Positions 25,431 to 34,453 of a stretch of DNA of 52,345 nucleotides are shown piece by piece (the first letter of the stretch is position 1; each line of letters starts with the position of its first letter). The stretch is from Rhodospirillaceae bacterium. Its GTDB lineage: Bacteria > Pseudomonadota > Alphaproteobacteria > UBA828. A program made the position numbers and the translations under genes. A model generated the notes under the pieces. It did not search any database and was not told where the DNA came from. It was given only the letters and a program-made list of their open reading frames with translations. Location of the stretch: positions 1 to 52,345 of the forward strand of contig PBDG01000073.1 in the NCBI GenBank assembly GCA_002717225.1. The letters are read 5' to 3'.

Positions 25431-28154
25431 ATGATTGCCGAGGTCAAACCAACGGCGACGGCCACGTTGACGCTCGATGGCGTGGAGGTTTCCTTCACCG
25501 AGGGCGAGACGATTTACGAGGTGGCCGAGCGCGCGGGACGCGAGGTGCCGACGCTGTGCTACGACGCGCGGCTGGAGGCCTTCGGCGGCTGCCGCCTGTG
25601 CGTGGTTGAGGTGGATGGCATGCGCGCGCCCGTGGCTTCCTGCACCACGCCCGCCACAGCGGGGATGGTTGTTAAAACTACCACCGACGCCATCGAGAAA
25701 CATCGGCGCACACTGCTCGAGCTGGTGGCTTCCGAGAACCGCGAGAACGAGGTAGACGAGCTGCGCGGGCATGCGTCGCAAGAGTTGAAATCACTGCTCG
25801 ACCGCTACGAGGTGCGCGGTGGCCGTTTCGCCGGGCGGCAGTCGGGCACGAGCAATTCGACGGACGACAACCCGTTCATCCTGCGCGATTACGATCTCTG
25901 CATTTCCTGCTACCGCTGCGTGCGCGTCTGCGCCGAGCAGGAGGGCGACCACGCGATCACGATGATGAACCGCGGCTTCGAGAAGCAGATCACCACGGAG
26001 TTCAACGGCATCCTGAAGGACTCCGCCTGCACCTTCTGCGGCCAGTGCGTGCAGACCTGCCCCACCGGCGCGCTGGGCGACCGCAAGGCGATGCGCGCGG
26101 AGTCGCTGCCCGGAGAAGTGGAGAAGACGCGCACGGTGTGCCCGTACTGCGGCGTAGGCTGCTCGGTGGACCTGCTGACCAAGGAGGACCGGCTGGTGGG
26201 CGTGCAGCCCGCGATGGACGGCCCGGCCAACGAGGGTGCGCTGTGCATCAAGGGCCAGTTTGCGTTCGACTTCGTGCAGCACGAGGATCGGCTTAAAATG
26301 CCGCTGGTGCGCGACGAGGATGGCGAGCTGCACGAGACGGACTGGGAGACGGCACTGGACCGCGCGGCGGATGGTTTTAAAAAAGCCGCCGGGGAGCACG
26401 GGCGGCATGCGGTTTACGGCGTGGCCAGCGGGCGCGCACCGCACGAGGCGGCGTACACGATGCAGAAGTTCATCCGCGCCGGCTTCGGCACGCACCAGAT
26501 CGACAACTGCAGCCGTGCTTGACACGCCCCAACGGTCGCCGGTCTGGCGGCCACCATCGGCCGGGGCGCCATGTCCAATCCCCTCGCCGACATGGAAAAG
26601 CCGGACCTCATTTTCTGCATCGGCACGAACATGACCGAGTGCCATCCCGTCGCCGCCACGCGCATCAAGCGGGCGCTCAAGCGCGGGGCGCAAATGGTCG
26701 TGGCCGATCCGCGCCGCATCCCGCTGGCCGAGATGGCCGAGCTGTACCTGCCCATCCGTGTGGGTTCGGATGTCGCGCTGCTGCTGGGCATGGCCCACGT
26801 CATCGCACGCGAGAGGCTCGTCGATCGCGAATTCATCGACGCGCGCACAAAGGATGGCGAGGCGTTCCTCGAACACGTGCAGCAGTTCACGCCTGAGTGG
26901 GCCGCGGGCATCACGGGCCTGCCTCCCGCGGACATCGAGCGCGCGGCGCTGCTGTATGGCCGCGCGGACAAGGCGGCGATTTATTACACGCTCGGCATCA
27001 CCGAGCACATCTGCGGCGTGGACAACGTGCAGAGCCTCTGCAACCTCGCGTTGTTGACTGGCAATCTCGGCCGCGAGGGCACGGGCATAAACCCCATGCG
27101 CGGCCAGAACAACATCCAGGGCGCCGGTGACTGCGGCGCGGTGCCGGCGAACTACCCCGGCTTCCAGCCCGTCCACGACCCCGCCAATGGCGACAAGTTC
27201 GCAAAGCTGTACGGTCGCGAGATGGACGGTGAGAAGGGCATCACAAAGGTCACGGCGCTGAACCGCTGCGGCGAGGGCATCCACGCGATGCTCATCGACG
27301 GCGAGAACACGGTGGTCTCCGACCCCGACCGCCACCACTGCGAGCACGCGCTGCGGGCGCTCGACCATCTCGTGGTCATTGATATTTTCCGGACGGAGAC
27401 CGCGGAATTCGCCGACGTCGTGCTGCCCGCCACCGCGTGGGGTGAGACCGACGGCGTGTGTACCAACACCGAGCGCCGTGTCCAGCGCCTGCGCGCCGCT
27501 GTGACGCCCCCCGGCGAGGCCAAGCCCGACTGGTGGATCGTCTCGCAAATCGCGCAGCGAATGAGCATTGCGGGTTTTGAGTTTGAGTCCGCCAAGGATG
27601 TGTTTAACGAGCTCTGCGGCCTCTCGCCCATCTACGCTGGCCTCGACTGGGACCGCATCGAGCACGGCGAGTACAACTGGCCCGTCCCCCACAAGGACCA
27701 TCCCGGCACGCCCGTGCTGCACGAGGGCGAGTTTAAAAACGGGCGCGGCCTCTTCCGCGTCATCAGCTACCGCGATCCCGCGGAGGTGGTCGACGACGAG
27801 TTCCCCGTGTGGCTCACCACCGGCCGCCGCCTACAGGCCTACCACACCCGCACGCAGACCGGCCGCGCGGCCGGCATCGACTACTTGCTCAGCGAGGAGT
27901 CGCTGGAGATTCACCCCGACGACCTTGCCGACTGGGGCATCCCCGACGGCGGCTGGGCCAGCCTGCGCAGTCGCCGCGGCGCCATCAAGATCCGCGCGCG
28001 CGCCAGCAACATGTCCCCGCGCGGCACCGTCTTCTGCAGCTTCAGCTTCAGCGATGTCCCCGTGAACATCCTCACCGGCTCCGGCTACGACCCCGTCACC
28101 GAGACCGCCGAACTAAAGGTCTGCCCGGTGAATATCTCTCCATTCGAAGAATAA
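25431..28154 (+). CDS. fdhA: Formate dehydrogenase alpha subunit, selenocysteine-containing (UGA at 26520-26522 read as Sec); NuoG-like Fe-S N-terminus plus molybdopterin (bis-MGD) domains
   Basis: Track ORFs 25431..26522 and 26571..28154 share one frame. Cys clusters seen: CYDARLEAFGGCRLC, CISCYRCVRVC, CTFCGQCVQTCP and CPYCGVGCS. Read-through gives NCSRA-U-HAPTVAGL, the FDH active-site signature. A SECIS-like hairpin follows the UGA. Confidence 0.85.
26520..26570 (+). promoter_or_regulatory. Sec-UGA codon plus bacterial SECIS-like stem-loop (recoding signal)
   Basis: UGA is at 26520-26522. The apical stem pairs GUCGCC (26535-40) with GGCGGC (26546-51) around the loop GGUCU (26541-45). An outer helix pairs CGCCCC (26525-30) with GGGGCG (26563-68). 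The loop G and U fall at +23/+24 from the U of UGA. Confidence 0.7.
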
Positions 28155-28162
28155 CCCACCTC

Positions 28163-28984
28163 GTGCCCCACGATCCCCAAAGCACGACCACGTCCATTCA
28201 ACGATTGAAGGATGGCAACCTAGGCGCACCGACTAACGATTCCTTAGCTGTCGAGGAGCCGTTGGAAATTCGAGTGCGCGGCCAAAATATCGCGGTGACA
28301 ATGCGGACACCGGGACACGACGATGAATTGGCAGTAGGCTTTCTAGCCACGGAAGGACTAATCAACGAGCGCGAAAACATTACCGAAATCGCACACTGCA
28401 CCGAGGGCGAAGCAGCGCAACTTGGAAATACGTTAAATGTGTTCCTCGCGCCAAATGTAAAGGTTGATTTGGAATCATTAACACGTCACGTGTTTGCATC
28501 TTCAAGCTGTGGCCTCTGTGGCAAGGCGACAATAGAAGCCGTCCAACAGCAGCATCAACCTGTAAAGTCAGGCTTGAGTATTTGCGTGAACATCATCACA
28601 AGCTTGTCTGCCAAACTGCAGGTAGCCCAATCCACATTCAAAAGGACCGGAGGAATTCATGCAGCAGCGATGTTTGACAGAAATGGGGAGTTAATTGTCT
28701 TGCGAGAAGATGTTGGCCGTCACAATGCCGTCGACAAAGTCATCGGGTTTGGGTTCTTGAAAAACTTTTCTTTTGAAGAATGTATCCTGCTGGTTAGCGG
28801 ACGGACTTCTTTTGAAATAATGCAAAAAGCCTTGGCGGCACGCATACCCATTGTGGCCGCCGTATCGGCCCCATCAAATTTAGCTGTCGAATTTGCGCGC
28901 GAAAATGGACAAACATTGATCGGGTTTTTACGCGGAGACACCATGAATCTGTACGCTCATCCCGAACGAATTATAACAAGTTAA
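28163..28984 (+). CDS. fdhD: Formate dehydrogenase accessory sulfurtransferase
   Basis: About 273 aa from GTG 28163; the track ORF start at 27809 lies inside fdhA. EEPLEIRV, MRTPGHDDELAVGFL, SSCGLCGK, GGIHAAA and GRHNAVDKVIG are FdhD hallmarks. Confidence 0.85.
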   Translation: MPHDPQSTTTSIQRLKDGNLGAPTNDSLAVEEPLEIRVRGQNIAVTMRTPGHDDELAVGFLATEGLINERENITEIAHCTEGEAAQLGNTLNVFLAPNVKVDLESLTRHVFASSSCGLCGKATIEAVQQQHQPVKSGLSICVNIITSLSAKLQVAQSTFKRTGGIHAAAMFDRNGELIVLREDVGRHNAVDKVIGFGFLKNFSFEECILLVSGRTSFEIMQKALAARIPIVAAVSAPSNLAVEFARENGQTLIGFLRGDTMNLYAHPERIITS

Positions 28985-28991
28985 CGCTGCA

Positions 28992-29912
28992 TCACCACTC
29001 TCTCAATTCGCTATCCAAGATGCCCCCCATGCAATCACCAACGTGCGCATACAATTCACGTTGTTGCGCCGATTGCTCGAGGAGATCTTCTGCCAACCGC
29101 ACACGGCCCGGCTCAAAAATCGTAAACGTCGCCGAACCGCCAAAGGCAAAGTAACCCTTTTCCTCCCCCTTCTCCACGGGCCGTGTGGGGACGAATGTGT
29201 GGTTCACACTGCCCACGTTGGTCGCTCCAATCTCAACCATCAGGACGCGACCCAACTGCTCCGTTTCGATCTCCGTGATGAAGCGCTTGTTCTCCCACAA
29301 AATCGCCAATCGATTCCGCAGAGCCAGCGGATTTACCGAGAACAACGCCCCATTGATCAACCGCGCATCCTTCGGCACGCCCACAACGGGAAAATGAAAA
29401 CGATGGTAATCGACCGGGCACAATCGCGAGAAAACCGCCGCCCCATCCGCGAAACGCTCCGCCAATTGTTCATCGCCCAACAATTGACCCAAATCAAACT
29501 TCTGCCCTTTCACAAACACCCCCCCCACTTCCGAAGCCTTCGCAAAACCCAGATGCCGTCCATCCGCCGGGAACACCACTGAATCCGCCGCGGAATCCAC
29601 GGGCCGCGCCTCGGGCTTGAGCTTCCGGTAAAAGAAATCGTTGAAGGACGTGAACGCATCGGCAGCCTTTACGTGCTCCTCCTCGGCAATGCCGTAGCGT
29701 TCAATGAACGGTCGCACCCGCGCTGCACTGCCTCGAGAGTTCATACGCCAACCATACCAGCGCGAAAACCACGCCCGCTTGGCCACGGCATGCAGCGCCA
29801 GTTTCCCGAAGGGATTGAACAGAATGAAGCGCAGCCACGACTCGCCGTACACCACCTCGGTTTCCACCTCGCCAGTGTAGCGGTTGAAAAACTGGATGCC
29901 GGAATCGGCCAT
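28992..29912 (-). CDS. psd: Phosphatidylserine decarboxylase-family proenzyme
   Basis: About 306 aa from ATG 29912, which overlaps the mog stop (TGATG). The C-terminal YFAFGGSATF fits a pyruvoyl-forming G-S cleavage motif, and LCPVDYHRFHFPV is the PSD core. Confidence 0.75.
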   Translation of the reverse strand: MADSGIQFFNRYTGEVETEVVYGESWLRFILFNPFGKLALHAVAKRAWFSRWYGWRMNSRGSAARVRPFIERYGIAEEEHVKAADAFTSFNDFFYRKLKPEARPVDSAADSVVFPADGRHLGFAKASEVGGVFVKGQKFDLGQLLGDEQLAERFADGAAVFSRLCPVDYHRFHFPVVGVPKDARLINGALFSVNPLALRNRLAILWENKRFITEIETEQLGRVLMVEIGATNVGSVNHTFVPTRPVEKGEEKGYFAFGGSATFTIFEPGRVRLAEDLLEQSAQQRELYAHVGDCMGGILDSELREW

Positions 29913-30394
29913 CAGCAGCTCGTCGGCACGCCCGCCACCACCTCCACGCAATGCGGGATGGCGCCTTCCACAAAGCCGAGACATTCCACCGCGCCCTTGG
30001 GTTTGCCCGGCAGACAAATCACCAGCGCATTGCCCACGGCGGCGGCGAGGTTGCGGGAGAGAATGGCATTCTTGGTGATCTTCATAGACTCCATCCGCAT
30101 CACCTCGCCAAAGCCCGGCAGCTCGCGATCGGCAATCTCCTTCACCGCCTCGGGCGTCACGTCACGCGGCGCCACGCCCGTGCCGCCAGTGGTCAACACC
30201 AGATGCGCGCCCTTGGCAATCTGCTCGCGAATAGCCCGCTGAATCTGCTCCTTGTCATCCGGAACCACCGTCTCGGCAAGCACCGACCAACCGTAGCCGT
30301 CCGCCGCCTCGGCCACCAGTGGCCCGCCGAAGTCCTCGTACTGACCCGCCGCCGCGCGGTCAGACACCGTGATGATCCCAACCTGAATCTTCAT
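29912..30394 (-). CDS. mog: Molybdopterin adenylyltransferase (MoaB/Mog family)
   Basis: About 160 aa from ATG 30394. MKIQVGIITVSDR, LVLTTGGTGVAPRDVTPEA and LPGKPKG are MoaB/Mog motifs. The start overlaps the moaC stop (ATGA). Confidence 0.8.
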   Translation of the reverse strand: MKIQVGIITVSDRAAAGQYEDFGGPLVAEAADGYGWSVLAETVVPDDKEQIQRAIREQIAKGAHLVLTTGGTGVAPRDVTPEAVKEIADRELPGFGEVMRMESMKITKNAILSRNLAAAVGNALVICLPGKPKGAVECLGFVEGAIPHCVEVVAGVPTSC

Positions 30395-30843
30395 TGTTTT
30401 GTTTTTGAAACCAGTTTCACGTTTGTGATGCGCATCTTTTTGTCGACCGCCTTGCACATGTCATAAATCGTCAATGCCGCCAAATTCACCGCCGCCAACG
30501 CTTCCATTTCCACCCCCGTCCGCGCCGACACCCGTGTGGTGGCCGTGATCACAATTGCGTTGCCCGCTTTGGGAAACTCGAACTCCACTTCACAATGATC
30601 CAGTGGCAGCGGATGGCACATCGGGATCAAGTCCCCTGTCCGTTTTGCCGCTTGAATGCCCGTGATCCGAGCCGTGGCAAGCACATTGCCCTTGGCGATC
30701 TTATCCCCGCGCACCAGTTTCAACGTCGCCGGTGCCATGCGAATTTCCCCCCGCGCCACCGCCGTGCGCAACTGCACCGGCTTGCCGGAAACATCCACCA
30801 TCCGTGCTTCACCTTTCGCGTTAATGTGCGTGAGTTTGCTCAT
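30391..30843 (-). CDS. moaC: Cyclic pyranopterin monophosphate synthase accessory protein
   Basis: About 150 aa. LTHINAKGEARMVDVSGK, KGNVLATARIAG-like, DLIPMCHPL and ALTIYDMCKAVDK are MoaC hallmarks. The start overlaps the panB stop (ATGA). Confidence 0.9.
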   Translation of the reverse strand: MSKLTHINAKGEARMVDVSGKPVQLRTAVARGEIRMAPATLKLVRGDKIAKGNVLATARITGIQAAKRTGDLIPMCHPLPLDHCEVEFEFPKAGNAIVITATTRVSARTGVEMEALAAVNLAALTIYDMCKAVDKKMRITNVKLVSKTKQ

Positions 30844-31604
30844 CGTTTCATATCGTCCATCCAATTCTGCACGGTAGTTTGCATTTCGGATTTCACCTGT
30901 TCATGCGGCTGCACATGGCGCGGAATATAATCCGGCGAGGTCGCCCACAAATCCGTGGTCACCAAAATTTGCCCGTCACAATCCGGCCCGGAACCGATGC
31001 CGATGGTCGGGATCGGCAAAGCTGCTGTCAATTCCGCGGCGATTTTCGGCTCCACCAACTCCAGCACCACCGCAAAAGCTCCAGCATCGACCAACGCATT
31101 GGCGTCGTCGCGCAACGCCGCCGCCTCATCAGCCTGACGCCCCTTGATTTTATAGCCGCCCTCTTCCTTCACCCTTTGCGGCAGCATGCCCAGATGCCCC
31201 AAAAACGGAATCCCTTGGGCCACAATTGCCCGCACTTGTTCGCAAATCACAATTCCACCTTCAGCCTTCACGGCTTCAGCCCCGGCTTCCAACAGGCGCT
31301 GGGCATTGGAAACAGCTAAATCCGTCGTGCTATAACTTTCGGCGGGTAAATCTGCCGCCAACAACGCACGCGGTTTGGCGCGGGCAGCGGCACGAGTATG
31401 ATGAATCATATCCTCCATCGTCACCCCGGTGGTATCCGGCAATCCCAGCGTGACCATGCCGAGCGAATCTCCCACCAGCAGCAATGGCACCCCGCAGGCA
31501 TCGAGCATTTTGGCCATGGAATAATCGTAGGCCGTCAACGCCGCGATTGGCGCCCCGCCTTTCATTCGGCGAATGCCATCAACCGTCATTTTGCCCGCAG
31601 ACAC
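30840..31604 (-). CDS. panB: 3-methyl-2-oxobutanoate hydroxymethyltransferase
   Basis: 254 aa. IAALTAYDYSMAKMLDACGVPLLLVGDSLGMV and GHLGMLPQ are PanB motifs. Confidence 0.9.
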   Translation of the reverse strand: MSAGKMTVDGIRRMKGGAPIAALTAYDYSMAKMLDACGVPLLLVGDSLGMVTLGLPDTTGVTMEDMIHHTRAAARAKPRALLAADLPAESYSTTDLAVSNAQRLLEAGAEAVKAEGGIVICEQVRAIVAQGIPFLGHLGMLPQRVKEEGGYKIKGRQADEAAALRDDANALVDAGAFAVVLELVEPKIAAELTAALPIPTIGIGSGPDCDGQILVTTDLWATSPDYIPRHVQPHEQVKSEMQTTVQNWMDDMKR

Positions 31605-31646
31605 GCGCCACCTTTCCCGTAAAGTTTCCCAACCGACAAGCGGAAA

Positions 31647-33197
31647 TTACCCGAGCCACACTTTGACCTTGGGCCAAACCTTTGCCGTAGCTGTATAATA
31701 CGCCATGGCCAACAACATGACAAAGCCCAGCCCAGCCAACAGATTCATGGCAGGCGTGTTTTTGTCTTCACCCATTACTTTGGATTGATTGGTGATCCAC
31801 AACATGATGGCCGCCAACAAAGGCGCTGCCAAAATGGTCACCGCTTGGGCCATCACAATAGCGGTTACAGGTGATTGACCGGTTTTAATCACGAAAAGGG
31901 CCACCACCATTCCGGTGAGTAAAACGACGGCGGTCAGGCGTTTTGTCCATTTATCTTCAGGGTGCTGGCCAAGCCCAAGGCCGTCCGCGAGAATGAACCC
32001 ACCGATCATTGAGTTGATTAGAAACGAGGAAAAGGCCGCACAGAACAGGCCAACGCAAAAGAGCGCCTGACCTTGATCGCCAAAGAGAACACGAAGCTGC
32101 CGAGCCACACCTTCCACATTAGTCAACTGCATCCCCCGCAGGCTCTCGGCAGCATTAGCCATGATCAGAAGCGTTATCATGGCCATCAGTCCTGCTCCTA
32201 CTCGGGCGTCCAACAGTACATTCGGCAGATCATCCCGCTTCCACCCCTTTTGGCGCACGAGGTAGGTTTGGAAAAACGCCGCCGTGATAACAAATGTTGT
32301 ACCCACTAAGGCCAGCACTGGAATGTCGCCTCCTTCAGTTGGCGGTGATGAGCCTGAAGATTCCGCCATGCTCAACGCATAAAAATAATTCAAGGCAAAT
32401 GCCAATAACATCAGCCCTACAAACACGGACATCAATTTTTCGAGCAACTGATAGATGTTCTTAAAGGCAAACAGGAACAAAAGCGCCAAGGCATTGATGA
32501 ACACTGGAACATAATCAAAAGGCACCCAACTCCAAAACCCCGTGCCCGCCCAGTTGCCGTGCAGCACATCTGATTTGCCCGGAGCGATCAATTGGGCCAT
32601 GCCGCTTTCAGCAATCTCCAGTCGATAGGGATTTGTGGCGTTGTCTTCCTTGTAAACTGGATTGGGGCGTTTGGATTCGGGATCCAAAATGAAGGCCTTG
32701 GAAGTAAAAGACTTGTTGCCATCCATATTCCACGGCTCGCTCCCCGTGCCGAGCGCCCGAACGATGACAATCTTTTTTCCATCTTCCCGGTAATCGATAC
32801 GTGAAAGGCCCTTTGAATTATCCGGAAATGAAATTGTGAAATTCCGATATGCAGTAAAAGCCGAATAGACGCCGAGGTTGTTGCCAAACTGAAAAGAAGC
32901 CGAGATGAAAAAAACACTTACCCCGATCAAAACCGCCAGCCATCGACCAAATCGTTCGGCTACAATTTGGCAACTCGATTGCTTCGTAACCACTCCCACC
33001 TTGGCCCCCAAGGTAAGATAAACCATCATAAACAGCACTGCCACGGCCACCACCCACGCCATGCCGTACCCTTCGCCGGCCCCCACTTTGGAGCTGGTAA
33101 GAATACTCCCCGGACCGATGACCACGCAGGCGGTGATAAGACCGGGGCCTAGGGCTTGATACCATTTGCGCGGAGCGGGCGATTGATCGTCAGCCAT
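31647..33197 (-). CDS. Divergent NRAMP-fold (LeuT-fold) membrane transporter with a large hydrophilic insertion
   Basis: 516 aa with about 11 hydrophobic segments. The N-terminal ALGPGLITACVVIGPGSILTSSKVGA aligns with the NRAMP TM1 region, but GPGS replaces DPGN. The TM6 region reads LVGTTFVITAAFFQTYLV instead of ...MPHN.... A hydrophilic insert spans aa ~117-222. Confidence 0.6.
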   Translation of the reverse strand: MADDQSPAPRKWYQALGPGLITACVVIGPGSILTSSKVGAGEGYGMAWVVAVAVLFMMVYLTLGAKVGVVTKQSSCQIVAERFGRWLAVLIGVSVFFISASFQFGNNLGVYSAFTAYRNFTISFPDNSKGLSRIDYREDGKKIVIVRALGTGSEPWNMDGNKSFTSKAFILDPESKRPNPVYKEDNATNPYRLEIAESGMAQLIAPGKSDVLHGNWAGTGFWSWVPFDYVPVFINALALLFLFAFKNIYQLLEKLMSVFVGLMLLAFALNYFYALSMAESSGSSPPTEGGDIPVLALVGTTFVITAAFFQTYLVRQKGWKRDDLPNVLLDARVGAGLMAMITLLIMANAAESLRGMQLTNVEGVARQLRVLFGDQGQALFCVGLFCAAFSSFLINSMIGGFILADGLGLGQHPEDKWTKRLTAVVLLTGMVVALFVIKTGQSPVTAIVMAQAVTILAAPLLAAIMLWITNQSKVMGEDKNTPAMNLLAGLGFVMLLAMAYYTATAKVWPKVKVWLG

Positions 33198-33233
33198 GGG
33201 CGGAGTGTACGGGGCCCCAAAGGTGAGGGAAGC

Positions 33234-33728
33234 TTAAAGGCGAATGAGAGTATCGTTCGGCGCCAAAGCGTCCAGCATCTCGGCAATGGATTGAATATGG
33301 CCTGGGAACACGACTCCCGGCGCAATTTCTGCCAATGGCTTCAGAACGAAGCTGCGTTCGTGAAAGCGCGGGTGAGGAATTGTGAGTTCTGCTGATGATC
33401 TTTGTTCCGCACCAAACGCAATGATATCCAAATCCAACGGACGCGGCTCATTCATCACCACCTTGGGTTGCCGTCCGGCGTTGATTTCCAGCGCCTGCAA
33501 TTTACCCAAGAGTGTTTCAGGCGTTTCCTCTGTCAATGGCTTGATCGCCGCCGCGGCATTTATGAAATCTGGTGAACCGGGCGGACAATCGACCGGCGTG
33601 CTTCGCCAAATGGACGATTGTCGAACGGGGGTTTGAGATAGAGTTTCCAGTTCTTTAAAGGCGAACTGAATGTGGGCGATCGGATCGCCCAAGTTGGAGC
33701 CGAGCGCGATGTAGGCGACCTTACTCAA
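33234..33728 (-). CDS. folK: 2-amino-4-hydroxy-6-hydroxymethyldihydropteridine diphosphokinase
   Basis: VAYIALGSNLGDP, LDLDII and IPHPRFHERSFVL are HPPK motifs. I prefer the start at TTG 33728, which overlaps the dapB stop by 8 nt. The track ATG at 33791 would add 21 non-conserved codons inside dapB. Confidence 0.75.
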   Translation of the reverse strand: MSKVAYIALGSNLGDPIAHIQFAFKELETLSQTPVRQSSIWRSTPVDCPPGSPDFINAAAAIKPLTEETPETLLGKLQALEINAGRQPKVVMNEPRPLDLDIIAFGAEQRSSAELTIPHPRFHERSFVLKPLAEIAPGVVFPGHIQSIAEMLDALAPNDTLIRL

Positions 33729-34452
33729 GGCCCAACACGTTTTGCATATTGTACAGGCCGGGCTCCTTGCCGTGGGCCCATTGGGCGGCACGCAGGGCGC
33801 CGTTGGCGAAGGTCTCGCGGCTGGCGGCTTTGTGAGTCAATTCCAGCCGCTCACCGGCGCCGACGCACATGACTGTGTGGTCACCCACCACATCCCCGCC
33901 GCGCAGACTGTGCATGCCGATCTCTTCATCGGTACGCTCACCGATGATGCCTTCGCGTCCATGCCGCAGGGCATCTTTTTGCTGATCACGGACTTCAAGC
34001 AAGATTTCGCCCAGCGTGGCAGCGGTGCCGCTGGGAGCATCCACTTTGTGGCGATGATGCATCTCCACCACTTCCAAATCATAACCGGGCCCAAGAATTT
34101 CTGCGGCCTTTCGAGTTAGCCAAAAGAGGGTGTTCACGCCGGTGGAATAGTTGCTGGCCCAGACAATCGGGATTGAGGATTGGTGATTCAACACCTCAGC
34201 TTTTTCCTCATCGGTATGGCCGGTGGTTCCGATTATGAGCGCCTTGCCATTTTCGGCGCACAATGCGGCACAAGCGGCCGTGGCGTGGTGGAGACTAAAA
34301 TCGATCACCGCATCGCAATCGGTGATGTGATCGACGAGCGCGTCGCCTTCGTCCACACCGGCAACCATCTCCAGCCCTTCCATTTTTTCGCCGCAGGCGA
34401 TGAGCACCTGACCCATGCGACCCTTGGATCCGTGAATGATTACCTTGGTCAT
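33721..34452 (-). CDS. dapB: 4-hydroxy-tetrahydrodipicolinate reductase
   Basis: 243 aa. VIIHGSKGRMG (NAD-binding), IGTTG and EMHHRHKVDAPSGTA are DapB hallmarks. Confidence 0.9.
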   Translation of the reverse strand: MTKVIIHGSKGRMGQVLIACGEKMEGLEMVAGVDEGDALVDHITDCDAVIDFSLHHATAACAALCAENGKALIIGTTGHTDEEKAEVLNHQSSIPIVWASNYSTGVNTLFWLTRKAAEILGPGYDLEVVEMHHRHKVDAPSGTAATLGEILLEVRDQQKDALRHGREGIIGERTDEEIGMHSLRGGDVVGDHTVMCVGAGERLELTHKAASRETFANGALRAAQWAHGKEPGLYNMQNVLGLE

Positions 34453-34453
34453 G

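Noticed and set aside
26520-26522. TGA read as a genuine stop, which would make fdhA a split gene or pseudogene
   Set aside because: The codon falls exactly at the conserved Sec/Cys active-site position and both halves stay in frame. A SECIS-like hairpin with fdhF-like spacing follows it. Sec recoding is the simpler explanation.
25791-27722. A 643-aa ORF on the minus strand, and likewise the 364-aa ORF at 24687..25781, antisense to fdhA/fdsB
   Set aside because: The translations are low-complexity Arg/Ala/Gly/His-rich with no recognisable motifs. They lie exactly opposite strongly supported FDH genes in the most GC-rich part of the window, where stop codons are rare by chance.
27809-28162. 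The 5' extension of the fdhD ORF (track start 27809)
   Set aside because: It lies inside the fdhA coding region in another frame and is Arg/Pro/His-rich. The FdhD-like sequence begins at GTG 28163, giving a typical ~273-aa protein.
29913-30017. The 5' extension of the psd ORF, and similarly 30395..30457 for mog, 36177..36197 for dapF and 36112..36240 for shc
   Set aside because: These extensions overlap the preceding or divergent gene and carry no conserved residues. Internal ATGs give canonical N-termini and tidy ATGA/TGATG junctions.
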